Positions 1-8,140 of a stretch of 10,832 nt of DNA are shown piece by piece; the first letter of the stretch is position 1, and every line of letters begins with the position of its first letter. This DNA is from Candidatus Heimdallarchaeota archaeon (GTDB lineage Archaea; Asgardarchaeota; Heimdallarchaeia; JABLTI01): NCBI GenBank assembly GCA_019056785.1, contig DXJV01000041.1, forward strand, positions 1-10,832. The letters run 5' to 3'. The notes beneath the pieces are model-generated. The model saw only the letters and a list, made by a program, of their open reading frames with translations, was not told the DNA's origin and made no database searches. The position numbers were made by a program, and so were the translations under genes.

Positions 1-27
1 AAGGTAAAAGTACGATGCGGTGAAGGA

Positions 28-1144
28 ATGAAGGATTGGATGTCCCAAAGAGAGCCTATAATGGGTTCAATGCTGACAATTCTTTGGAAACTGACTTTCC
101 AAAATAAGCTACGAATAGCACCAAAATATTGGTACAGATTCGGTATGACGAATCTTATAACATCTCTTTATGCACCTTTGAGAATAGCCGAAAGAATACG
201 CTTCGGGCGAAAGATAAAGAAGGTGAAAATAACTGCTGCACCTGTGTTTATCATCGGGCATTGGCGAACAGGAACAACTTTGTTGCATTATTTGCTAAGT
301 TTGGATGATGGATGGGCTTTCGCAACAAATAAAGAGGTATATTTACCATTTCTCATGTTTACAGCACAAAAATTGGTCGATAAAATGCTGGATTTTGCGC
401 TTCCAGAACGACGACCGATGGATGATGTTAAGCTGGGGAAAGACCTCCCGGGAGAAGAGGAATTTGCTCTAGCTATTCGTGGAGTGAAAAGTTTTTTATT
501 ACAGCTTTATGTTCCCGAGGAATATTCACCATTATAGCAAATATTTGACGATGAAAACATGCTCGAAAAAAGAACGAGAAAAGTGGAAAAGACGTTATTA
601 TAACTTCCTCCAAAAACTGACCTTAAAAAAGAATGGAAAACGATTACTGTTAAAAAGCCCAACAAACACCGGAAGAATAGATCTTTTGCAGGAGCTCTTT
701 CCAAAGGCAAAGTTCATTTTTCTAAAAAGAAATCCATATGAAACATATGTGTCAACGAAACATTTATTTCAAAAGCTGCTCCCCTATTTCTCTTTCCAAA
801 AATGGCAAGAGGAGAAAGTAAATGATCAGCTCCTTTCAAATTTGAAAGAGTTATGGCAAAGTTATCAAAAAGCGAAAATCGGCATGGCAGAAAATGCGTT
901 GGTAGAAGTGCCCTATGAACAGTTAATTCAAAAGCCACTCGAGGAAGTTAAACGCATTTATAAGCAATTACAGCTGCGACTATGGGGAAGGAACACAAGT
1001 GAAAAAATTGATTTGTTTCTTCGTGAACAAGCAACTTTTAAACCAAACAAGCACTTCATTGATCAAAAGCTGATTGAAAAAGTGAATAGTGTTTTAGGAA
1101 AGGAGTTAATAGAACAAATGGGTTATGTTGTAAGAAGCACGTGA
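28..1144 (+). pseudogene. PAPS-dependent sulfotransferase (Sulfotransfer_3; similar to mycobacterial Stf3/Rv2267c), split by a 1-nt frameshift; ~371 aa when repaired
   Basis: ORF 28..537 has the 5'-PSB motif PVFIIGHWRTGTTLLHYLL and RPMDD..LPGEEEFAL. ORF 509..1144 has KSPTNTGRI..LFPKAKFIFLKRNPYETYVS (3'-PB motif). Deleting one T from the T6 run at 492-497 gives the continuous GVKSFYYSFMFPRN. The gene may be intact in vivo if the extra T is a homopolymer error. Confidence 0.9.
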
Positions 1145-1174
1145 GAAAAAGAAACCAAAATCAATTTTTTCTCA
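1142..1174 (+). terminator. Inverted repeat/T-tract right after the sulfotransferase stop; putative terminator
   Basis: tgagaaaaa (1142-1150) is the reverse complement of tttttctca (1166-1174); the 3' arm is T-rich. Confidence 0.4.
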
Positions 1175-1191
1175 ACATTCCGCAATAATAA

Positions 1192-1203
1192 GTTTTTAAA
1201 AAC
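1192..1203 (+). promoter_or_regulatory. Possible archaeal TATA box (TTTTTAAA, in the palindrome gtttttaaaaac) for the 1251/2152 genes
   Basis: Lies about 50 nt upstream of ATG 1251; the AT-rich context makes the call weak. Confidence 0.3.
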
Positions 1204-1250
1204 ATGGTTTATAGTTTCTTAATTATCGATTTAGCTGAAGGCTTCTGGGA

Positions 1251-2144
1251 ATGTTACACTATCTAATGATTTTACAAAGAGAAACAGGCCTTTTGTTATT
1301 CAGCGAAAAAATTTCAAAGGAATTCAAAAAACTGCAACCAGAATTAATAAGTGGATTAATGACTGCTTTAAATGAATTTTCGAAAATGATGCGCATCGGG
1401 GAGCTTTCGACTTTTATTAGCCACAATTTTAAAGTAGTGATCTCGGCGAAAGAAGAAATCTCGGTCATTCTAGTCATTGACCTCGAGGACAACGAGAATC
1501 TTTGGAAAAGCTGTGCAGTAGAGGTAGTGAGCACTTTTCGAAAGCAATACAATTTGAAGAAAATTGCCCCCATAGAAAGTAGTTATTTCAATGACTTCAA
1601 TCAAACATTGGCGAAAATCTTACAAAAATACAGCTGGAAGATTGTTATTGATCAAAAAATTTCGCTCGACAATGTCAGTTTGTTACTCTTTTTTGACCTT
1701 CGTAATTTCACCTATTACCGTTTTTATAGCAATAATACGGTGGCAAAAAGCGATGATGAGACCCTCATTGAAAAAACACTTGAAATAACTACAACAGAAA
1801 CACCAGAGGTAAAAACAACCGAAGGAGGGGCAATTCTTTATCTCATCCAAGAAGGGACTTTTGGTGCTACGCTTATGTTAACAGAACAAGCAAGAGAAAA
1901 AGACTATTTGCGGGTCCAACGTACAGTGGCTTTTATTGTCAAACATTTCTCAAAGCGGTTTTCATTAAACCAACAGCTCGAAAAGGCAGCCATATCCATT
2001 TTTGGCGAGGAAACCATCCGGGAATTTTCTCTTTATGATGGGAAATCTATCCCCGAAATTTTCCGAGATGCAGTAGAACCAATTAGAATCCTGGAAAACA
2101 TTCGGCGATTGATGTTACGGGGACTATTAGTTTTGATGGAGTGA
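1251..2144 (+). CDS. Longin/roadblock-like domain protein with a probable C-terminal winged helix (Asgard-type)
   Basis: The N-terminal ~125 aa follow the longin pattern: beta-hairpin LMILQRETGLLLFS, helix PELISGLMTALNEFSKMM, three short strands, then a helix ending FRKQY. The C-terminus DGKSIPEI..IRRLMLRGLLVL is wHTH-like. Confidence 0.65.
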   Translation: MLHYLMILQRETGLLLFSEKISKEFKKLQPELISGLMTALNEFSKMMRIGELSTFISHNFKVVISAKEEISVILVIDLEDNENLWKSCAVEVVSTFRKQYNLKKIAPIESSYFNDFNQTLAKILQKYSWKIVIDQKISLDNVSLLLFFDLRNFTYYRFYSNNTVAKSDDETLIEKTLEITTTETPEVKTTEGGAILYLIQEGTFGATLMLTEQAREKDYLRVQRTVAFIVKHFSKRFSLNQQLEKAAISIFGEETIREFSLYDGKSIPEIFRDAVEPIRILENIRRLMLRGLLVLME

Positions 2145-2151
2145 AACGAAA

Positions 2152-3177
2152 ATGAGTTTATTTAAAATTCTTGGCTTAGCAATAAGAGACCCTGCAAGGT
2201 TTAAAGTTCTGATCGATGCAATAAAAGGAACACAATTATATGCAAATATTGTAGTGGCACGAGCACTTCAAGCGCAGCTCAACAAAGTGGCAGAGCTGCC
2301 AGAGAAGAAAATAGCACTAGAGGAGTTCATGCAACAAAACAATTTCAGAAATAAGAGTTTGCTATTAGAATTGCTGGCACTGTTAGAAAAGGATGGATTT
2401 GTAAAGATAAAAAAGGATGATTTTGTAATCCTCAAGAAGCAAATTGTTGAGGAAGAACTGAAAAAGCGGGAGAAAAAAGTCGCGCCAATCGTTCTTGACG
2501 CATTTGAAGCATTTGGCGATTATACGGAACGAGCACTAATCGAGCGGTTAGAAGGTGTGCCACCTGCATCCTTCGATTCAAACGAATTGCGTGTCCTATG
2601 GAACGTCGCCCTTAGGGGGGATTTCTATACCATACAACGAAGGGATGCCTTAAACTTCGCCCAATTAGATAAACTGGCAAAAAGAAACCAAAATCAACCG
2701 ATAAGGATTTTGGACTTTGGTTGTGGCTCAGGTGAAGGAACTATACAGATACTCACTTTCTTGCGAGAAAAAAACATCCCCCATAACTTAGAAGCATGTG
2801 ATATATCCGAAGGGTTGTTGGAAATAGCAGCAGAAGACGAAGCATTAGAAGAAGACATCTATTTCTTCAATTATAAAGAACGAAAGCCAAAAGAAGGTTA
2901 TTATGATGCCATCTTTATATCACAAGTGCTTCATTGGCCGGATGATCCGGTGCAAATGGTCAGCGACTTGAAATCTTACTTGAAAGAAAATGGGATTTTA
3001 TTTGGCGTACAAAGCACCTTCTCAAAGCGACTCTACCAGATAGACCTCTTTATCAGGCTACTGGGAGCAAAAGGTTTCCCTGAAGAAAAAGAATTCTATC
3101 GATGGTTCGAAGAAAATGACATGAATGTACGCTTCGACCCAGCAACCTATACCTTCCTGGCAACAAAGAAAAAATGA
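2152..3177 (+). CDS. Class I SAM-dependent methyltransferase with an N-terminal helical/wHTH-like domain
   Basis: Motif I ILDFGCGSG, post-I ACDISEGLLEIA, YDAIFISQVLHW and LKENGILF. Starts 7 nt after the 1251..2144 stop. Confidence 0.88.
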   Translation: MSLFKILGLAIRDPARFKVLIDAIKGTQLYANIVVARALQAQLNKVAELPEKKIALEEFMQQNNFRNKSLLLELLALLEKDGFVKIKKDDFVILKKQIVEEELKKREKKVAPIVLDAFEAFGDYTERALIERLEGVPPASFDSNELRVLWNVALRGDFYTIQRRDALNFAQLDKLAKRNQNQPIRILDFGCGSGEGTIQILTFLREKNIPHNLEACDISEGLLEIAAEDEALEEDIYFFNYKERKPKEGYYDAIFISQVLHWPDDPVQMVSDLKSYLKENGILFGVQSTFSKRLYQIDLFIRLLGAKGFPEEKEFYRWFEENDMNVRFDPATYTFLATKKK

Positions 3178-3311
3178 AACAGAATTAAATTAAAATTGAC
3201 TGGGTTTTTTTGTAGAATAACAACAATTCATTTCTTTTTTTATTTTTTTAGTATGTAATTTTAGGCGACTGTTATTGGTAATGTTATTATAACTCTGACA
3301 AAAAATTATTA

Positions 3312-3350
3312 TGTTTACAAAAGAATATATTGTATATCGAGCTGTAAACA
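3312..3350. promoter_or_regulatory. Dyad-symmetric operator-like site upstream of the RHH antitoxin
   Basis: tgtttaca (3312-3319)/tgtaaaca (3343-3350) and atata (3325-3329)/tatat (3333-3337) share the same centre, 3331. The site ends just before the GGTGG RBS (3356-3360). Confidence 0.55.
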
Positions 3351-3364
3351 AGGCTGGTGGTTCT

Positions 3365-3601
3365 ATGGAAGTTGCCTCTGTAAGATTAACAAAAGAAGAA
3401 AAAAAATTCTTGGAAGAGTTGGTAATAAAAGGAAAATACTCGTCAATTAGTGAGGCATTGAAGGCAGGAATCTACGAATTGATGCAAGAAGAACGTTTAG
3501 CAAAACTACCTTGGAAAACAAGATCTGAAGTGAGACGCTACTTCGCAAAGAAAGAAAGAAAGCTACAAGGATTGGAAGAAATACATGATGAAGACGATTA
3601 A
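3365..3601 (+). CDS. Ribbon-helix-helix (CopG/Arc-like) antitoxin, ~78 aa
   Basis: MEVASVRLTKEEKKFLEELVIKGKYSSISEALKAGIYELM is a classic archaeal RHH pattern. The GGTGG RBS favours ATG 3365 over 3311. The gene overlaps the downstream PIN gene. Confidence 0.85.
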   Translation: MEVASVRLTKEEKKFLEELVIKGKYSSISEALKAGIYELMQEERLAKLPWKTRSEVRRYFAKKERKLQGLEEIHDEDD

Positions 3602-4079
3602 CTGTTATTTAGAAAGCTCCTCAATTTGGAACCTCTATTATGAAGAAAATGAGAGTAGTCTAATTGAGTATTGTATAGAAAACGAACAAATTATTTGCAT
3701 TAGCTCGATATGGACAACATTAGAAATTGCTAGAGGAATAAAGAAAAGAGTAAATCAAAAAGAAATTACAAATGAGGAAGGAAATTTATTACAATTATTC
3801 ATCGAAGCAGACTTGGAGAAGCTAAGAAAGAAAAGGAGAATATTACTCGAAAACATAAAAGAGGAAGATATTGAAAGAGCGAAGAAAATAATACAGCAAT
3901 ACAACCTGTATGCTTCAGATGCATTACACTTGGCAACAGCTCTTAACAAGAAGTGTGAGATATTTATAGTAGATGATTATCATTTTACAAGATTAGAAGA
4001 AAAAGTAACGAAGAATGAAAAAATAACGATCTATTCAACATCAAAGACACCGGAGGAGTTGAAGAAAAAATTACAATGA
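3585..4079 (+). CDS. vapC: PIN-domain ribonuclease toxin (VapC-like)
   Basis: PIN motifs YLESS, SIWTTLEI, LYASDALHLATAL and FIVDDYHF; overlaps the RHH gene by 17 nt. Confidence 0.88.
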   Translation: MMKTINCYLESSSIWNLYYEENESSLIEYCIENEQIICISSIWTTLEIARGIKKRVNQKEITNEEGNLLQLFIEADLEKLRKKRRILLENIKEEDIERAKKIIQQYNLYASDALHLATALNKKCEIFIVDDYHFTRLEEKVTKNEKITIYSTSKTPEELKKKLQ

Positions 4080-4223
4080 GGGAGTTAGAAATGAAGAAAA
4101 AACTATGCTATGAACAATAATGGCTGGTTTTTGACCTTCTTAAGAATAACTGTTTTTTTCTTTTAGGATAAGCTAAATAGAGAATGTCGACACTATAAAA
4201 AACCTCAACCAAAGAAAAGAGAG

Positions 4224-5809
4224 TTAACTCCTCTTTTCAAGAGTTTTCTTATCAGTTGTAAAAGGCGTAAGAAATTTTTCACCGAGAGGAGCTAGCTCTG
4301 TTTGTGAATGAAAACCAAGGTAGACCCATCGGATTAATTGTTGTAGAATGTATTGCCCATCCCAAGGAAGACCCATTTTTTGGCTATTATGCTCGCCGAC
4401 TTGAGGGAAACGATAGACCCCGAGGAAGGAGAGCTCTTCAGCGGCAGCATTAACAAAAGGCTCAGAACCATATAATGAACATGTTTGTAGAAAACGGGAG
4501 AGTTTGTTAGTGGTAATCAATTGATAAATTTCATTGATGTCAGCAACGGGAACAACAATGATAAAGCGATTAATACAGAAATTGATCTCTTGTGGTGTTG
4601 GCAGCTTCTTTAAGTAGGCAACAGTCCAATTGGCTTTTCCATTCTCAGGGAAGAAAAGCTCCCCTGTGCCTTCAAGTTCATGATGCATTAGGAAGTAGTC
4701 GCGCTTTCTTGTTGTGTCAACAATTTCTCCGAGAGCAAGATTGGTTCGAGGGTAGCGATGTTCAATGAGCGCCATTTTGCTTGCAAGGTTTTTAGCAAAG
4801 TCGTAAGCAATAGCTTCGAGTTCCAAAAGGGAAGGCGTAGCTGTCTTCTTTTTCTTTGGGGGCTTTGTCGGTGAAGGAGCTTCTGTGGTAATAAAAACAA
4901 CGCGAGGACTAAGGCATGCTTTTGATTCCAAAAGACAATATCAAAGGACATTTTAGTCGTAAGCTCTTCGATAAGTTGACGTTGCGCAAGAAGAGCATTA
5001 GCAGAGATAATGCTAAAGGAAAGTTTAGGACCATAATCGATTATCTTAATACCAAAATGATAACCAAGCTTGCGAATAGTTTCAATAGAGGAAAGACCGC
5101 CCCAAGCAAGAACGGCATCCACCAGTCCAGAGTTAAACAACGAACGATAAATCTCGGTCCGGCTCCCACTCCAGTAGAGTACGGCAATCTCCTCAGTGAG
5201 TTTTTTGTCGACAAAGCGAATGGACTCAGCCCATTTGACACCGAAGTAAGGTGCATCATGAGAAAGCTTCACAAGGTTAACATTCTTGGTGATAAGGCCA
5301 CAAAGCAAGCTAAGTGCACTAACACTAAAAGAGTTGCCGGCAAGATTATGGAGAACAAGACCTCGAGGTTGGGCATGAAGACGAACGGGGCCACGCGGAA
5401 GCCAATGCTCAAGAAAGTCAGCTGAACCAAGATCCTCGCGAAGCATGGACTCCACAACAGGACGGGACCATAGCTGAGCCACCCCGGAGAGTTCGAACTC
5501 AGACAGCTGCTTCGATTGCCCGGCTATGAGGGGAACAATCTCGAGAGCCTCTTTGCGAAGTTCATAGGAGGGGTCACGCCAAAGGGCACCAACCTGGTCA
5601 ATAATTTCAAGCACATCCTCAAGGGGCCTAATATGTGCAGAGCGTTTGAGCGAGGAAAGCCGCTGAGCAAGCGGAAGAAGCTCCTCCGCGGAAAAAGTAG
5701 GAAAAGTGACCTCGAGAGAAGCATCTTTCCATTCAATGGTGTTAGTGAGCAAATTTTGCGCAGTTATCGGTTGAGAGATAAAAGGGTGAACAGTTATTTC
5801 TTTTTTCAT
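4224..5809 (-). pseudogene. luxC: LuxC-family long-chain acyl-CoA/acyl-protein reductase, split by a 1-nt frameshift; ~528 aa when repaired
   Basis: The N-part has QPRGLVLHNLAGN, KNVNLVKLS, VLYWSG, DAVLAWGG and YGPKLSFSII. Adding one A to the run at 4920-4923 restores FWNQKACLSPRVVFI (catalytic Cys codon 4914-4916). The C-part has LQTC, LGVYRF and PWDG..LQQLIRWV. GAGG lies upstream of ATG 5809. Confidence 0.9.
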
Positions 5810-5948
5810 GCTGAGACACATCCTCAAAAGCTGGAACAATCTTTACATTTTTATTGGGAAGGAAATGGGGCTTAGCAAGAGAAAGGGGACTGAGAAAAGG
5901 AAAACGCGCAAGAAAAAGTGTTTCTTTTCCCAAAGAGAAACTCTCGCT

Positions 5949-6941
5949 TTAAAGCCCAGCCATATCCGCGATATTAGCACCACAGCCTTTTGCTTCGGCA
6001 CCTTCTGCCCGGCCAAAGACCTCGACAACTTTACCTCGACGACCACAGGGGCAACCATCCTCCATAACAATGCGAGCAATGTCGTCCTGAAGCAGAGAAA
6101 CACCAGCATAGCTATTGGCAAGGGGGTTGATAATGTTGACAAGGCCTTTCTCACCGGTCTTCACAGGTTCAAGCGTTTCAACGTCGCGGATGATAATATC
6201 ACCCCAGGGGGAAACATGGAGGTTGTGATATTCACACTCGCCAAGAATAACATCAGTCTCAGTGAATGAGTAGACATCGCGAATGTTCTTGTCAGGAATG
6301 TTGAGAATCTCAGTCATACGCGCACGGAATTGAGGCTTAGGCACCTCGAGACCTTTAAAAGTCTTCCAGCCACCAGCAAAACCAATAAAGGAATCCTCGC
6401 CGAGGTCAAAAGACTCGCCAGTTTCCTCGAAAATCTTGTTGAAGTAAATCCACATCAAGGGGCAAGAACCGGTAATCCAGCCGGCACCGGCATCTTTGTT
6501 CTTCGTCTTCTTTCGAAGCAAAGAAACAATCGCATCAAAGTCGAAATCAAAGCGACGAGAGGGGTCTTTGACTTCACCTGTGGCAGGTTTGAGAGCATAA
6601 TAACGCTCATCAGCAGGAGCGCGGTTCGAAAGGCTCATGCCGATCATAAAAAGATTGTTTTTAATAGGCCCCGCACTCAGGTCGAACTTGGGAATAGGGG
6701 GAGAAAACATCAAGGTCCAAGAATAGTCGGGAATCTGCCAGACGTGGTCATAGTTAATGTTAATAGCACGGAAAAAGCGCTCCCAGTTGGTGCGGTCCTT
6801 GCCAATCATAGAGGGATCGCCACTAGAAGCACTGGAAAGAGCCCAAATAAGGATCTCCTCTTCGGGGACAGAAAGAAGATCCTTAGGACGAAGTCTCAGT
6901 AGGGCTTTCCCGCTTCTTGGACCATAATAGTGGTATCCCCA
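5949..6941 (-). pseudogene. luxE: LuxE-family acyl-protein synthetase, 5'-truncated (frame is open from 6941 but has no ATG before the conserved motif)
   Basis: Motifs GGWKTFKG, IRDVYSFTE, HVSPW..IIIRD..TLEP..GEKGL, NSYAGVSLLQDD, CPCGRRG and GRAEGAEAKGCG (acylated Cys). Upstream of ATG 6809 the frame continues as LLSVPEEEILIWALSSASSGDPS, the LuxE ATP-binding loop region, and reaches a TAA at 6944-6942. Confidence 0.9.
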
Positions 6942-7507
6942 TTACGTTTAATATGCTCTTCTGCTATGAGGACTCAACTTGGGGTGTGCCAGCCAATAAA
7001 CTCAAAATAGATGCGATCAGAAAAAATGGTGCGCAATATGTCGGAGCACAACTTAAAACCCGCAATCCTAACGGAAAGTGGCGAGATGTTGATAGTCATA
7101 CCTATTATGAGAATTGTGGCTTTGACATTCTTTTAATGGCTGTTGGAAGAAAAACAGAGGAGGCAATGGGAATTGCTTATGGAAATACTGCAATTGTTAG
7201 CAAAGCCGGTCCAACAACAGGAGTTAAGTATTGGACTTGGAATATAGATGGAGAAGCACGCCACGAAATCTCCCATCTTTTTGGCTGTGAAGATTGGAAA
7301 GCAGATGGCTCTGGTCATATTAAAACAGAATGTATCATGGTTTATGGTCAAAGTTGGCCACCATGGTATTGGTTTGATTACTTACATGAAAAATCATCCT
7401 GTCCGTGGGCAAAGCAATGCCCCAATTGGTGCACAGGAACAGGAATTCATTGTTGCGAAACAAAGTTTAATACCAATTGGGATAATTATTATTCTATAGT
7501 AAAATGA
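6917..7507 (+). CDS. Metzincin-like zinc metalloprotease (HExxHxxGxxD + Met-turn) with a Cys-rich tail; probably 5'-truncated
   Basis: HEISHLFGCED at 7262-7294, downstream CIM Met-turn, upstream DILL..G....MGIA strand pattern. There is no signal peptide or RBS, and the frame is closed by TAG at 6884. Confidence 0.7.
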   Translation: MDHNSGIPITFNMLFCYEDSTWGVPANKLKIDAIRKNGAQYVGAQLKTRNPNGKWRDVDSHTYYENCGFDILLMAVGRKTEEAMGIAYGNTAIVSKAGPTTGVKYWTWNIDGEARHEISHLFGCEDWKADGSGHIKTECIMVYGQSWPPWYWFDYLHEKSSCPWAKQCPNWCTGTGIHCCETKFNTNWDNYYSIVK

Positions 7508-7520
7508 GGAGGAAAAAAGC

Positions 7521-8102
7521 TTGTTGAAGAAGAGAGAAATTATTTGTATAGTAATTATTGCGGGAATAATGGGACTGACTCTTATTCCAGCAGAAGCACT
7601 TTCTAAACGAGAAACAAGAGCTGCTGTCATGGAAACCAATACCGCTGTGGAAAGTTTTACAGCAAACGATGTTGAAACCGGTAATCAAACCATCGTCGTT
7701 GAATGGCTAACTCCCACACACTTTGGAGTAGGCACTTTTGGTACGGGGGGCGTTGTTCAAATCAATTTTACTGTGTTACCGTATTCAAATACGAGCGTTA
7801 TTGTAGATTCCATTTCATCTGGTCTTTGGACACCAGCACCACCAAAAAATGATACTTTCGTCATTGGGGAATCTTTCTCAGAGACATATACTTTGATCAA
7901 TCTTGGAGGACAGGAAGCAGTCGGTTTTACTTTAGCGTTATATGCCGCTGAAGAAGGAGGTAATGCAACCGTCTTTTTTAGTTATCGTATTATAGCTGAA
8001 GGAACACTAGGGGGTCCAGGCTTTGGCTTTTTACTTACAACTGGAGTATTAGTAGTAATGGGGGCAATAGTGCTGTTTGTTTCCCGGAAAAAGAAAAACT
8101 GA
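7521..8102 (+). CDS. Secreted surface protein with a PGF-CTERM-type (archaeosortase) sorting signal
   Basis: GAGGAGG RBS at 7506-7512; signal peptide MLKKREIICIVIIAGIMGLTLIPAEA; five N-x-S/T sequons (NQT, NFT, NTS, NDT, NAT); C-terminal PGF (8016-8024) + TM helix + RKKKN. Confidence 0.8.
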   Translation: MLKKREIICIVIIAGIMGLTLIPAEALSKRETRAAVMETNTAVESFTANDVETGNQTIVVEWLTPTHFGVGTFGTGGVVQINFTVLPYSNTSVIVDSISSGLWTPAPPKNDTFVIGESFSETYTLINLGGQEAVGFTLALYAAEEGGNATVFFSYRIIAEGTLGGPGFGFLLTTGVLVVMGAIVLFVSRKKKN

Positions 8103-8107
8103 AGAAA

Positions 8108-8127
8108 CTTTCTTCTTTTTTCTTTTT
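8108..8127 (+). terminator. Oligo-T archaeal terminator after 7521..8102
   Basis: Uninterrupted T-rich pyrimidine tract starting 6 nt after the stop. Confidence 0.45.
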
Positions 8128-8140
8128 ACAATTCGCATGT

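Noticed and set aside
4091-4120. Mini-ORF MKKKLCYEQ with a GAGGGAG RBS after vapC
   Set aside because: Only 9 codons with no further support.
4916-6902. Long plus-strand ORFs (4916..5425, 5516..5875, 5808..6269, 6330..6902) and small alternate-frame minus ORFs
   Set aside because: Antisense or alternate-frame shadows of luxC/luxE with no recognisable motifs.
6714-6923. 10-bp inverted repeat ggtccaagaa (6714-6723) / ttcttggacc (6914-6923) touching the junction
   Set aside because: It does not extend, and inverting the segment would break the colinear luxE frame rather than restore either gene; likely chance.
4224-6941. Bioluminescence operon
   Set aside because: No luxA/B/D/G in the window; luxCE alone does not imply light production.
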